From the NCBI GenBank assembly GCA_040755855.1, contig JBFMAD010000001.1, forward strand, positions 256,001-320,000: a stretch of 64,000 nt of DNA, in the 5' to 3' direction. Below are positions 1-9,400 of this stretch, piece by piece. Numbering within the stretch: the first letter of the stretch is position 1; every line of letters starts with the position of its first letter. This DNA comes from Planctomycetota bacterium. GTDB taxonomy: Bacteria > Planctomycetota > Brocadiia > JAADGH01. A program made the position numbers and the translations under genes. The notes under the pieces were generated by a model that saw nothing but the letters and a program-made list of their open reading frames with translations, ran no database searches and was not told the origin of the DNA.

Positions 1-819
1 CTGCGCCCACTCATATCCCTCGTCGAACTTCTTCCGAATCTCCCGCAACAGAATGGCCTTGACGTCCGGATTAGTCGTGCACAGATGGTTCCACCGATCA
101 CCCACGCGCTTGCCGTTAATCATGGCAAAGTATTCCGGGTGTTCCGCGAAATACGTCGTGTAGGGGACCCAGACGGGCCATGTGTGCCCGCCCGCGGTGT
201 AGGCCACAATCGCCGTGCGGAAGTTATTGGCAAAAGACGCCGGCGTCCCGGTGCCGTAGAGATACCGACCGTGGCCGTAAGCAAAGACCGGTGTGATCGT
301 CCTGTTCAGATCGTCCGGAACGCTGATGTCCTTCTTCTCCGGGACCATCTCCCCCTCGGGCGACGGGATGAACCACTTGCAGCCGACGAACTCTTCGAGA
401 AACATCGCCGCCGCCTTGCACGTCCCCTTCGCGCCGAGGTAGTCGCGCTTCTCGGGACCGAAGGTATCCCGACCGATCAGGAAGAGTGTATTCCCCTTCA
501 CAACGAGTCTGCACCCGTCCCACTTCAGGTCGTCCGTCGCGATCCCCGCCGACTGGGCCAGCGGCGTGTGGCCGACGGAGATGATGTTCCCGTCCGTGGC
601 CTCGCCCGCCGCGACGATCTTCAGTTCGGCGCCGGTGGATTTCTTGACATAGTCGCGCACCCACTCCGCGGCCATCGTTGTCCACTTCTTCTCGTTCGCC
701 TGATCCTCCTTGAACGCCGGGACGACGATCGTCGCCTTCGGCTGCCCGTCCTTCACAATGTCCAGCCCATGCGCAATCATCGGACACACCACCACCGCAA
801 CGGCGAGAAATGTCCTCAT
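1..819 (-). CDS. Secreted DUF4838-type protein (glycoside hydrolase-like N-domain), partial; runs off the window start
   Basis: Not in the ORF track because there is no stop inside the window. Manual translation from ATG at 819 gives MRTFLAVAVVVCPMIAHGLDIVKDGQPKATIVV...FLEEFVGCKWFIP...GGHTW...EHPEYFAMINGKR...LCTTNPDV. GGAGG-type RBS upstream. Same motifs as 37912..40602. Confidence 0.75.
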   Translation of the reverse strand, partial: MRTFLAVAVVVCPMIAHGLDIVKDGQPKATIVVPAFKEDQANEKKWTTMAAEWVRDYVKKSTGAELKIVAAGEATDGNIISVGHTPLAQSAGIATDDLKWDGCRLVVKGNTLFLIGRDTFGPEKRDYLGAKGTCKAAAMFLEEFVGCKWFIPSPEGEMVPEKKDISVPDDLNRTITPVFAYGHGRYLYGTGTPASFANNFRTAIVAYTAGGHTWPVWVPYTTYFAEHPEYFAMINGKRVGDRWNHLCTTNPDVKAILLREIRKKFDEGYEWAQ

Positions 820-977
820 CGCAATCCTCCCTCCTATCTTCAAGCGAAAGCCCTCTCGTCTCCTTCGCATCGTTCACAGAAGCAAGTTTCCACACGGCAT
901 TCTATCCCTTGACAAATGCAAACGCAAGGCGGTAATCTCGATCATCCAAACATTATTGCCCAAAAGGAGAATGCCCC

Positions 978-1343
978 ATGCGTCCAAGAGTGTTCGCCCT
1001 CGTCCTGTTTGTGATGGTTGTCGCCGGCTGCTCGGGGGACAAATCGGCGCAGATTGAAAAACACTTGTCCGACCTCCAAAGCGACGACGCGGTGACGCGC
1101 CGCGAGGCGGTGATCGCCCTCGGCGACATGGGCGCCGACGCCGCCCCCGCTGTTCTCGCGTTGAGCCGGATGCTGAACGACAAGAACGACGACATCCGCG
1201 TCGCCGTCTGCCAGGCGCTCGGCAAGATCGGTCCCGACGCCGGCCCGGCGCTGAAGGCGCTGGAGAAGGCGCAGAAGGGCGACCCGGACGATTCGGTCAA
1301 GGCCGCCGCAGCCGAGGCAATTCAGAAGATCAAAGGCAAATGA
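978..1343 (+). CDS. HEAT/PBS-lyase repeat lipoprotein
   Basis: Lipobox VVAGC; repeats TRREAVIALGDMG, IRVAVCQALGKIG, VKAAAAEAIQKI; AAAAGGAG RBS. Confidence 0.8.
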   Translation: MRPRVFALVLFVMVVAGCSGDKSAQIEKHLSDLQSDDAVTRREAVIALGDMGADAAPAVLALSRMLNDKNDDIRVAVCQALGKIGPDAGPALKALEKAQKGDPDDSVKAAAAEAIQKIKGK

Positions 1344-1376
1344 TTTTCGATTTGCGATTGCCGATTTGCGATTTGG
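1342..1376. repeat. Five tandem degenerate heptamers (GATTTGC consensus)
   Basis: gattttc gatttgc gattgcc gatttgc gatttgg between convergent genes. Confidence 0.8.
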
Positions 1377-1395
1377 ACAACAAGATGGGGAACGC

Positions 1396-2175
1396 TCAGC
1401 CGCCGCCTCCAATCAACTGCGCGATGTTGCCGCCGAGGATCTTCTGGGTATCTTCCTCCTTCAATCCCCAGCCGCGAATCCATTCGACGTCATCGCGGAT
1501 AATCTGCACGTCGTTGTAGGGATAGTCGGCCCCGTAGATGAGCCGGCTGGGGCCAATGGTCCGCAGCAGCGTCTTGATCCGCTCCCGCGATAGATGCCAT
1601 GCCACCGATTCCCGCCGGGTCTGCGCCAGCTCCGCGTAACAGTTCCGGTTGTTCTGCAGCACCGCCAACGCCTGGTCGAAGAACGCTGTGCCGCCGACAT
1701 GACCGATGATGATCGGCAGATTGGGATGCGCCTGGGCCACGTCGTCGAGCAGGATCGGTTCGTATTTGCGAATGAACCAGCCATGGACGCCGGTGTGAAA
1801 CTGAATGGGGATGCCCATCTCCTCGGCCACGGAGTAGAAATCGTCAATCTCCGGATCGTTGATCTGCGCCTTGAAGATCGGCGGATGGAACTTCGCCCCG
1901 CGAAAGCCACGCTTGACGTGCGCGCGGAGCTTTTCCGCCGCGCCCTCGTCCTTCGGGTTGATCGTCGCGTAGCCGATGAGGTCCGGTTCGTCCTCGATCG
2001 CCTCGTGCAGCCATTCGTTGGGATCGGCCTTCATCTGATAGTAAAACGGGGCAAAAGCAATCGCCTTCTCAAAGCCGAGTTCGGCCATCCACCTTTTCAA
2101 CACAAGGATCGTGCCCCACGACGGTTCGTCCTTCTTGACGCCTTCCGGCATGACATGGCAGTGATTCAGGATCAT
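1396..2175 (-). CDS. Amidohydrolase family 2 metal-dependent hydrolase/decarboxylase
   Basis: N-terminal HCH; GAKFHP, IQFHTG, IIIGHVGG and LIYGADYP motifs. Confidence 0.85.
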   Translation of the reverse strand: MILNHCHVMPEGVKKDEPSWGTILVLKRWMAELGFEKAIAFAPFYYQMKADPNEWLHEAIEDEPDLIGYATINPKDEGAAEKLRAHVKRGFRGAKFHPPIFKAQINDPEIDDFYSVAEEMGIPIQFHTGVHGWFIRKYEPILLDDVAQAHPNLPIIIGHVGGTAFFDQALAVLQNNRNCYAELAQTRRESVAWHLSRERIKTLLRTIGPSRLIYGADYPYNDVQIIRDDVEWIRGWGLKEEDTQKILGGNIAQLIGGGG

Positions 2176-2178
2176 TGT

Positions 2179-3021
2179 TCACTTCCTGTTCAACAACTTT
2201 TTCATTTCAGCGAATTCGTGCCTCGCCACGGCGACGGGGTCGTCGCCCCCGCTGGCCTCGCAAGAGAGATAGCCGTCGTAGCCGATCTTCTTCAGGCCCC
2301 GGAACAGCGGCAGGTGATCCACGTCGCCCTCGTTCAGCAGCGCCCGCTTGAACCGGCCCGCCTTGTAGTCGTGCGCCGCTGCGTCATCGGCCGCCGCGTG
2401 AACCATGTCCTTGATATGCACGTGGAAGATGCGGTCGCCGAGGACCTCGACCGAATCCTCGCCGTAGATATCCCCTGTAATATGAAGATTCCCGGCATCA
2501 TGGATGACACCGAAGTTGGGCCGGTCCACGAGGTCAATGATCTTCCGCGCCATGGCGACAGTTTCGCAGTACTGGCCGAAATGAATCTCTGCGACGATCC
2601 GCGCATCATGCCTTGCCGCGCGGTCGCAAGCGGCGCCGAGCCAGTCGGCGACGATGCGCGCCTCGTCGTCCTTGTATGCGCTGTCCTTCAGGCGGCCGGC
2701 GGTGACCTTGAGCATCTTGCAGCCCATCGCGTCGCCGATGTCGAGGAACCGATCCACGGCGTCCAAGTCCTTCCGCCGTTGCTCGTCGCCGGCGAGGATC
2801 GGGCCGCCGAGCGTCGTGTAGATCAGGCAGATGGCCAGGCTATTCCCCCTCGCCATCCTGCCGATCTCCCGAGCCTGGTCGGGGGCACAGATGACATCAA
2901 GATGATTGCCGCCGAAGCCGACCATGATCTCGATGGCGTCGTACCCGATCTTGCCCGCCTCCTCCATCGCAACAGGCAGAGGGTGCGCCTTAAACATGCC
3001 GGAGAATATCGCAATCTTCAT
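2179..3021 (-). CDS. Sugar phosphate isomerase/epimerase (xylose isomerase-like TIM barrel)
   Basis: GYDAIEI, AEIH, HDAGN, HVHIKD, GYDGYLSCE metal-binding pattern. Confidence 0.85.
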   Translation of the reverse strand: MKIAIFSGMFKAHPLPVAMEEAGKIGYDAIEIMVGFGGNHLDVICAPDQAREIGRMARGNSLAICLIYTTLGGPILAGDEQRRKDLDAVDRFLDIGDAMGCKMLKVTAGRLKDSAYKDDEARIVADWLGAACDRAARHDARIVAEIHFGQYCETVAMARKIIDLVDRPNFGVIHDAGNLHITGDIYGEDSVEVLGDRIFHVHIKDMVHAAADDAAAHDYKAGRFKRALLNEGDVDHLPLFRGLKKIGYDGYLSCEASGGDDPVAVARHEFAEMKKLLNRK

Positions 3022-3048
3022 CGGTTCACCTCTTCTAATAAGATTGGC

Positions 3049-4254
3049 TCACGCATCAGCGATCTTCTGAATATCAAGCACCGCCGGACGCCGCGGATCG
3101 GGCATCGGGCCAAGGATCGGCTCAAAGTATTTGATCCCCGCCTTCGTGATGCAGAACTTCTTTGGATCGAAGAACCGCTTGTCCATCTTCCGCGGCACGA
3201 GACTCCCGTCCGGCTTCTTCGGCAAGGTATCGAAGGGGACGGACGTGGCCACGAGCTTGTCTCCCTTGCGAACGAGACACGCCATACGATCGCTCGCGCC
3301 TTCGTCTATGTCCTCGACGGCTTTCTTGCCGAGGGCGATGGCATTGTCCCGGTCCACCGCCGAGGGCGCGCCGCACCGCCAGAGGTAGCTCGGGATCACC
3401 GCGTTGAAGTTGCGCGTCTTCAGTTTATCGCCAAGCGAGTCCTTCAACCGCTGGGCCACGAACTCCGCCACGCCGCCGAGCTTCTTGTGGCCGAAGGCGT
3501 CCACGTTCGATTCGTCTTCGTGAAGGATTTTTCCATCGGGTCCGACTGCCCCCTCGGAGACGGCGATGACAACCTCCTTGCTCCGCTCATATCGTTCGAG
3601 CACCTTCTCCTCCAGTTCCTTCATCACGAGGGGGTACTCCGGCACGATGATGAGATCGGCATGGCCATAGGCTGAGGCAAGGCCCAGCCAGCCGGCGCTC
3701 ATCCCCATCGCCTCGAGGATCATGATTCGATCATGGGAGTAGGCCGTCGTGCGCACGCCGTTGGCCATGCTGGTGAACTCGGCGACGCGGGCCGCGGCTG
3801 TGGCGAAGCCGGGCGTATAGTAATTGATTATTTTGTCGTAACTTACGACCTTTCCTTCCGGCGCGTTCGTGCCCACGTCGTTGTCAATCGTCTTCGTGAT
3901 TGCGACGCTTCGCACGCCCTTGAGATGGCCGACGACGCTCAGCGTGTCGTCGCCGCCGATGGGAATGAAGCCATCAATCTTCAGTCGCTTGATGTTCCTC
4001 ACCGCCTGCTCGTAGCCGCTCTCGATCTTGCCGAGCTTGGTTCGCGAGGTCTTGAGGATCGTGCCGCCGAGATCCGGGGCGATCATATCGCTGTTGATGA
4101 CCGCGTACTCGCCCGCGTCCAGGACCCCGGCCCAACCGCGGATGAACCCAACCACCTCATAGCCCAGTTCCTCCGCCTTCAGGCAGATGCCTTTGATCGT
4201 GGGATTCAGCGCGCTGGTGTCGCCGCCGCCCGTCAAAACTCCGATTCGTTTCAT
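3049..4254 (-). CDS. pfkA: PfkA-family phosphofructokinase-like kinase, predicted pyrophosphate-dependent
   Basis: IGVLTGGGD, GGTILKTSR, IGGDDT, KTIDND, IIVPE, VSEGA. The GGDD + K pattern is the PPi-type signature. Confidence 0.85.
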   Translation of the reverse strand: MKRIGVLTGGGDTSALNPTIKGICLKAEELGYEVVGFIRGWAGVLDAGEYAVINSDMIAPDLGGTILKTSRTKLGKIESGYEQAVRNIKRLKIDGFIPIGGDDTLSVVGHLKGVRSVAITKTIDNDVGTNAPEGKVVSYDKIINYYTPGFATAAARVAEFTSMANGVRTTAYSHDRIMILEAMGMSAGWLGLASAYGHADLIIVPEYPLVMKELEEKVLERYERSKEVVIAVSEGAVGPDGKILHEDESNVDAFGHKKLGGVAEFVAQRLKDSLGDKLKTRNFNAVIPSYLWRCGAPSAVDRDNAIALGKKAVEDIDEGASDRMACLVRKGDKLVATSVPFDTLPKKPDGSLVPRKMDKRFFDPKKFCITKAGIKYFEPILGPMPDPRRPAVLDIQKIADA

Positions 4255-4264
4255 GGTTCAACTC

Positions 4265-5551
4265 CTACATCCCAAGTGCAACACGAAGTTCTTCGTGATC
4301 TTTCGCATAATCCACTACTTCTTTTCCGGCATGGAACGCTTCGACCGCCTGGAGCATGGCGTCCACCCCAGCCTTGATCCCCATGGGGTGTTTCAGGATG
4401 CTCGTGCCGGCAAGGCCCATGAAGTTTGCGCCGAATGCCTTCAACTGATCCACGATGTTTCCGGCCCCCAGGCCGCCTGCCGTCACGACGACCATGTCCC
4501 TGACGTCGTCCATCGGCTCGTTCATTACTTCGTAAAGGCGAATCAGCATCTCGGGGCAGAGCGACGCCACATGGCACTCGCGCTGGTTCATCACGCCGGT
4601 CTGGAAGTAGTCGCCTCCCGCCAGGCGGAGGAGCTTGACCATCACCACATCGTCCACGCGCCTCGGTCCTGTGGACCAACCGGACCGCCCGCCCGAGTGG
4701 GCATAGATCGGTACGTTGATCTCCGGGTCCTCGGCAAGCATCTGCAGCGTGCCCATGCCCTGAACAATGGGATTGAACATCAACCCGCTCGCCCCCCACT
4801 CGATGACCTGCTTGCAGAAATCACTGATCCGATCGGGCCGGGCGACGATGTGCGGGGCATAGATCGTCTTCATGCCGGTCTTCCGCTCCGCATCGTTCAA
4901 CTTCTCAACGACGAGTTTGATCTTCTTCTCGGCGCGGCAATAGTCGGGACCGAACATCTTCTCGTCATCCTTGATGAAGCGGCATCCGCCGAGCGCAGCC
5001 TCGTAACATTTCCGTGCCACCTCTTTCGGCGTCAGGCCGGCGCAAGGTTTGACGATGGTCCCGATGATCGGCCGGTCATCGGCGAGCTTTAGAATCTTGC
5101 GCGTGCCCTTGATGCCGAACTTCGGGCCGCTGAACTTTTTCAGCAACCGTTTCGGTAGTTCGAAATCGAGGAACGCCACATTTTCGTAATAGACAAATTC
5201 CAGGATCGGCCCGCCGATGGTGAGCATCATGAACTGATAGAGGATATCCGAGTCAAGATCAATGTTGTAAAGCGGCGATCGGACATGGATTACGCCTTCG
5301 TTCTGCCCGTATCTTTCCACCCGAAAGCAATCGGCCTGGGCGCGGTTGAAGACGTCGGTCGGTTTGCCTTTGTCAATCCACTTGCCGGTCGTCTCATCGC
5401 GCGCGATCTCCTTCGCCACCTCGACCAGGTCGCCCTTGGTCTTGATATAGTAGGTCAGCGAGATGGACTCGGCTGGATTATGGCGCGAGTCGAGATCAAT
5501 GACCTCGACGGGTTCGCGACCGAGTGTTTCTCTTCCTGCATACTTCTCCAC
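4265..5551 (-). CDS. RubisCO-like protein (form IV, RLP)
   Basis: GPKFGIKG, IGTIVKPCAGL, FIKDDE, IYAH, KLLRLAGGD and HPMGIKAG match the RubisCO large-subunit fold; several carboxylase residues are substituted. GTG start. Confidence 0.9.
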   Translation of the reverse strand: MEKYAGRETLGREPVEVIDLDSRHNPAESISLTYYIKTKGDLVEVAKEIARDETTGKWIDKGKPTDVFNRAQADCFRVERYGQNEGVIHVRSPLYNIDLDSDILYQFMMLTIGGPILEFVYYENVAFLDFELPKRLLKKFSGPKFGIKGTRKILKLADDRPIIGTIVKPCAGLTPKEVARKCYEAALGGCRFIKDDEKMFGPDYCRAEKKIKLVVEKLNDAERKTGMKTIYAPHIVARPDRISDFCKQVIEWGASGLMFNPIVQGMGTLQMLAEDPEINVPIYAHSGGRSGWSTGPRRVDDVVMVKLLRLAGGDYFQTGVMNQRECHVASLCPEMLIRLYEVMNEPMDDVRDMVVVTAGGLGAGNIVDQLKAFGANFMGLAGTSILKHPMGIKAGVDAMLQAVEAFHAGKEVVDYAKDHEELRVALGM

Positions 5552-5554
5552 AAC

Positions 5555-6490
5555 TCACTCCTTTTCCTGTTTCGACTCCTGCCCTTCCTCGCCCTCGTGT
5601 GATGGTTCCCGCTCTTCGTCTTTGCGCGAACTGCGCTTGATGCAAACAACAACGACAACCATGAAGGCGAAACAGAGCAGCAGAAGGACTATCGGGACAA
5701 TTGGCCATGGAGTGACCAGCCATGTATAACCGGCCTCACTCGGCAGTTCAAGCGTCTGGAATCCTTTGTAGACGACGCCCCCCTGCGAGAAGTTGTAGAA
5801 GCCGAATCGTCCCGTCGTGTAGGCGGCGTCGCGGAACGCCTTGTCGTAGATCACCCGGTCGCCGTCCTTGACGACGATGCGAAAATTGCCGGGGTGGAAG
5901 TCCAGTTGAAAGTGATAAGGCTTCTGGACGGTCCAGCCCTCTGTCGGCTCATGGTGGAGGAGCTTCACCTTCCCCGCCACGCCCTGCGTGTGCCAGAGAT
6001 CTTTCCCATCGAAGGGCTTACCCGGTTCGAGCTTCCCTGCATAAGGCGCGTCCACCACCTTGACACACATGCCTTGCTCGGCGCGGCCGACCTTCGGGTC
6101 GTCCTGCGCCTTGCCCTTCCAGTCGAACAGATAGAACCGCCCCGGATTCTGATACGCAAACACGAACCCAATAAAATCGTCGTCGCCTGAATCGGTCACG
6201 AGCCATGTTCCCGATATGGACGTGTCAAGAAGATCTCGATCGCTGATGAAGATCGAGGGGTCGGCGTTCACCGTCTGTGTGACGGACAGCTTGTCGTCGC
6301 TCAGCGTCCAATTGGCCGTCGGCTGCTGATTGTCGGGATAGATGTAGTTGATCGCAGTCCATTTCGTCAAGTCAACCGGCCCTTGGCCAAATCGCTTTTG
6401 TTCCTCCCGGCACCCGGCGAATGCCAGGCCAAGAATCAACGCGACGCAGATGCCCGTTGCGCCGTAGCATAGTCTCGATCTGCCCATCAT
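5555..6490 (-). CDS. Lipoprotein with thrombospondin C-terminal (TSP_C)-like lectin domain and C-terminal TM helix
   Basis: Lipobox LAFAGC; QTVNADP, DDDFIGFVFAYQ..RFYLFDWK and GRFGFYNFSQ resemble TSP_C; hydrophobic WPIVPIVLLLLCFAFMVVVVVC followed by a charged tail. Confidence 0.75.
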   Translation of the reverse strand: MMGRSRLCYGATGICVALILGLAFAGCREEQKRFGQGPVDLTKWTAINYIYPDNQQPTANWTLSDDKLSVTQTVNADPSIFISDRDLLDTSISGTWLVTDSGDDDFIGFVFAYQNPGRFYLFDWKGKAQDDPKVGRAEQGMCVKVVDAPYAGKLEPGKPFDGKDLWHTQGVAGKVKLLHHEPTEGWTVQKPYHFQLDFHPGNFRIVVKDGDRVIYDKAFRDAAYTTGRFGFYNFSQGGVVYKGFQTLELPSEAGYTWLVTPWPIVPIVLLLLCFAFMVVVVVCIKRSSRKDEEREPSHEGEEGQESKQEKE

Positions 6491-9400
6491 GGTTTTTCCT
6501 TTATCTCACTCAATTTCCCGAACCCAAGAATCACAGCGGTTCCCTTCTTCAGCAACAAGATTGACTGCCCGGCGGGGAAATCCCTGAAATAGATGTCCCG
6601 CGCGATCCCGTCGGTCTGCTTGTAGGCCCCCTTCTTGTATAGCGTGAACTCCGGGTGCGCCTCCTCCCAGCTCTGCTCGCCGGGTTTGCCAAACACAACG
6701 TATAGCCTCGCCGGCTCATCCAGCTTGAACGGGACAGCATAGTCCCCCAAGAGGGCGCGAAAACTCGAAAGCTGGATGCCCAGAAGCCCCTCCAGCTCCT
6801 TCGGCATCGCCAGGATGATCGAACTGTTGTCGGTGTAGGCGCTTCGGCCGAATTTGGGCGAATAGATGCCGAACTCCGCTGGCACGGTTAGGAACGACTC
6901 CTTCACCACATTGTAATTTTCCTCGCCCCCGATCAGCAGGAATGGGCGATCCGCCCGCTTCTCCTTCGATGTCAACTTCCGAAAACCGAGGATCACCCCG
7001 CTCCCCTGGGCGAACGCAAAGGAGTGCTCCCCCGCCGGGTAGTCCCGGCAGCAGATGTCGAGGGTGGATCGCCCGACCTTCACCTGCAGCTCCGGCAGGG
7101 GGACCCATCCCGGTTGGCGCGTGCACCAGCCCCGCATCTCGCGCCCGCCGAACCCGACAAACATCCGCGCCGGCGCGTCGAGTCTGAACCGCGCCACGAT
7201 CCCGCCGCCCTGGTAGAGCGAGGCCGCCCGCGCCGCCTTCATCGGAAGCCGAACGCCGACCAGCCCCTTCAGGTCCACCGACATGGCTTCGATCTTAAGA
7301 TCGCTGTCGGTGAAGGGGCGCTGCCCGGCCGCCGCTTCATAGGTTTCCATACCTTCCTCAAAGGATATGAAATCGCGCTTCACCCACGCCGGTTCCCAAC
7401 TCTGGATGACATAGTACGGTGTGCGTTCAAGGAAGTCCGGATGGACCGTCGCATTGCCGTTCGCATCGGCGGCCTCGAAGCGGTAGAGCAACCCCTCCGG
7501 CGTGAGGGGAACCTCGGCCTCATACGCTTCGCCGGACTTCTTCATGGCGACGCCCGTCCACTCATAGTAGGACGGCATCGGCCTGTAAAAAGCCGTGACG
7601 GAAGCGACGGATTCGCCGTCGCTTACGCGGGCGGCAAGTTTCACCTTGCCTCCGCGCGTTCGCTCGTCCAGGACGACGGGGCTGATGACGGGCCTGCTGC
7701 GGTCGGCGGAAACGGTCACCCGCTGCGGCTCGTTGGGCCCCTTGTCGGGACACTGTGTCTTTGCCTTCTCCTGGCCGACCTCAATGTAGTACTCGACCAC
7801 ACCCGGCGCAGCGGCCTCCGCCGGGATAAACGCGGCGGACATGTATCGGTCGGGCCGCTGAGTCATGGGCGTCTTCTTGAATTCCTTTTCCCCCGACCGC
7901 CGGTAGTAGAGCCACGCGGGCGCATCCCTGACAGGCGTGGCCACCGTCGCGGATATCCATATCGGCGAATGTGGGGGCGCCCGGTGGACGGGCAGATGCC
8001 CGATGTCCGGCGGATGCTGGGCCATGCGCCGCTCCATCTCCTTGTGCCGGCGCGCCATCTCATCGCGGCTGGGTTCGCCGTGTTCCCGAAGCTCCTTCAC
8101 CAAGTCCCTGATCTCGCCGCCAAATTTCGATTGAAGCGCCCCCTCAAACTCCTCGCGCACGCGCTGGATCGTCTCCAAGTCGCCTGTCAGATGTCGCCCC
8201 TCCTCCTCCCACGTGAAGTGCGCCGTGCACATCCGAAGCCGCTCGATGAGCGGGCGATATTGCCGCATCGTCGCGTCGGTCAGGTCATCCCACGCATCAA
8301 TCGCACGCCGCGCGTAGGCGTCCGCGTCGCCGAGAAGGGCGTAGTGCCGCGTCCGGCGGTAGAGTTCCAGGGCCACGGCGGCCCGCGTCTTCTCCGCGTA
8401 ATACACGGCCAGGCCGCGCAGCGCCTCGACGTCCATGCGGATGGCGCGGAACTCGTCCTTCGAATGTGTAACAGCCTTGTCCGCCTTCTCGATATGCTCC
8501 AGGGCGGAAAGGGAAATCTCCGAGAGCCGCTGGGCCGCGTCCAACGGCCCGAACTTCCCGTTCGCGTTCCCCTTCACCGCCGCATCGGCGTACTCCCGAA
8601 TCGAGGCCATGACAGTGTCGTCCAGGACGCCGACCTTCGAGAATTCCAGGATATCGCCGCGCCAGTCCACCCGAACATTGCCCTCCGCCAGCCGTCGGCT
8701 TCGGTGGTCGTCGCCTGTCTCCATCTCGGGGGCCATGCGCCGCCGATCCGCGCCGAGACAGTGCACGGCGTAGATCAAGGGAACCACCCGGCTGCCGAGG
8801 GCCACGGCGCGATAGACATCCTCCCCCGCCTCCTCGCCGAAGCGCTCTCGGAAGGCATTGATCCACACCAGTTCCGGCGCGCCGGGGTCGTAGGCGGTGC
8901 GGCCCCAGACCATGTGCCAGAACCAGTTGCGCTCGAAGTCCCACGTGAAGTACGGCTGGGGGAATGTGTCACGGTTGAGGAAGTAATTTGTCCGAGGGTA
9001 GAAGGCCGTCATCGTTTCGATCGAACAACCCGCCGCCTGGCCGAATGCGCACGATTGCACGCATCGCCGCGCAAAGTCCGGATCGCCCCAGTGGAATATG
9101 CGCTGCGTACCGTTGGCCATGACCTGATAGATGATTTCGTAATTGCGGGGGTAGTTGGTGTAGGCTTGATAGGCGCAGCTCCCCCATTCGCTGATCCGAT
9201 TGCTCGCCACGACATAGGGCAGGCCGAGGTGCTCGCCGGTGTATTTGGTTTCCACGAAAAAGCGGCCGGCATGTTCCCTGGCCAGTTCCATGATCTCCTG
9301 GCGCGGGACAAACCATGTCCGCGTGTAGAGATGGATGTCTTTCTTGCTCTCGGTCGCGCCGGCCAGGACGCCTTGTCTGTAGAAGTCCGGGCCTTGGCCC

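Noticed and set aside
85..912. ORF-track calls 85..912 (+) and 224..895 (-)
   Set aside because: The real gene is the minus-strand frame starting at 819 that runs off the window edge, supported by an RBS, a signal peptide and DUF4838-type motifs.
4265..5551. Bona fide CO2-fixing RubisCO / Calvin cycle
   Set aside because: K177, N123, R295, H327, K334 and S379 equivalents appear substituted, and no small subunit or phosphoribulokinase is nearby.
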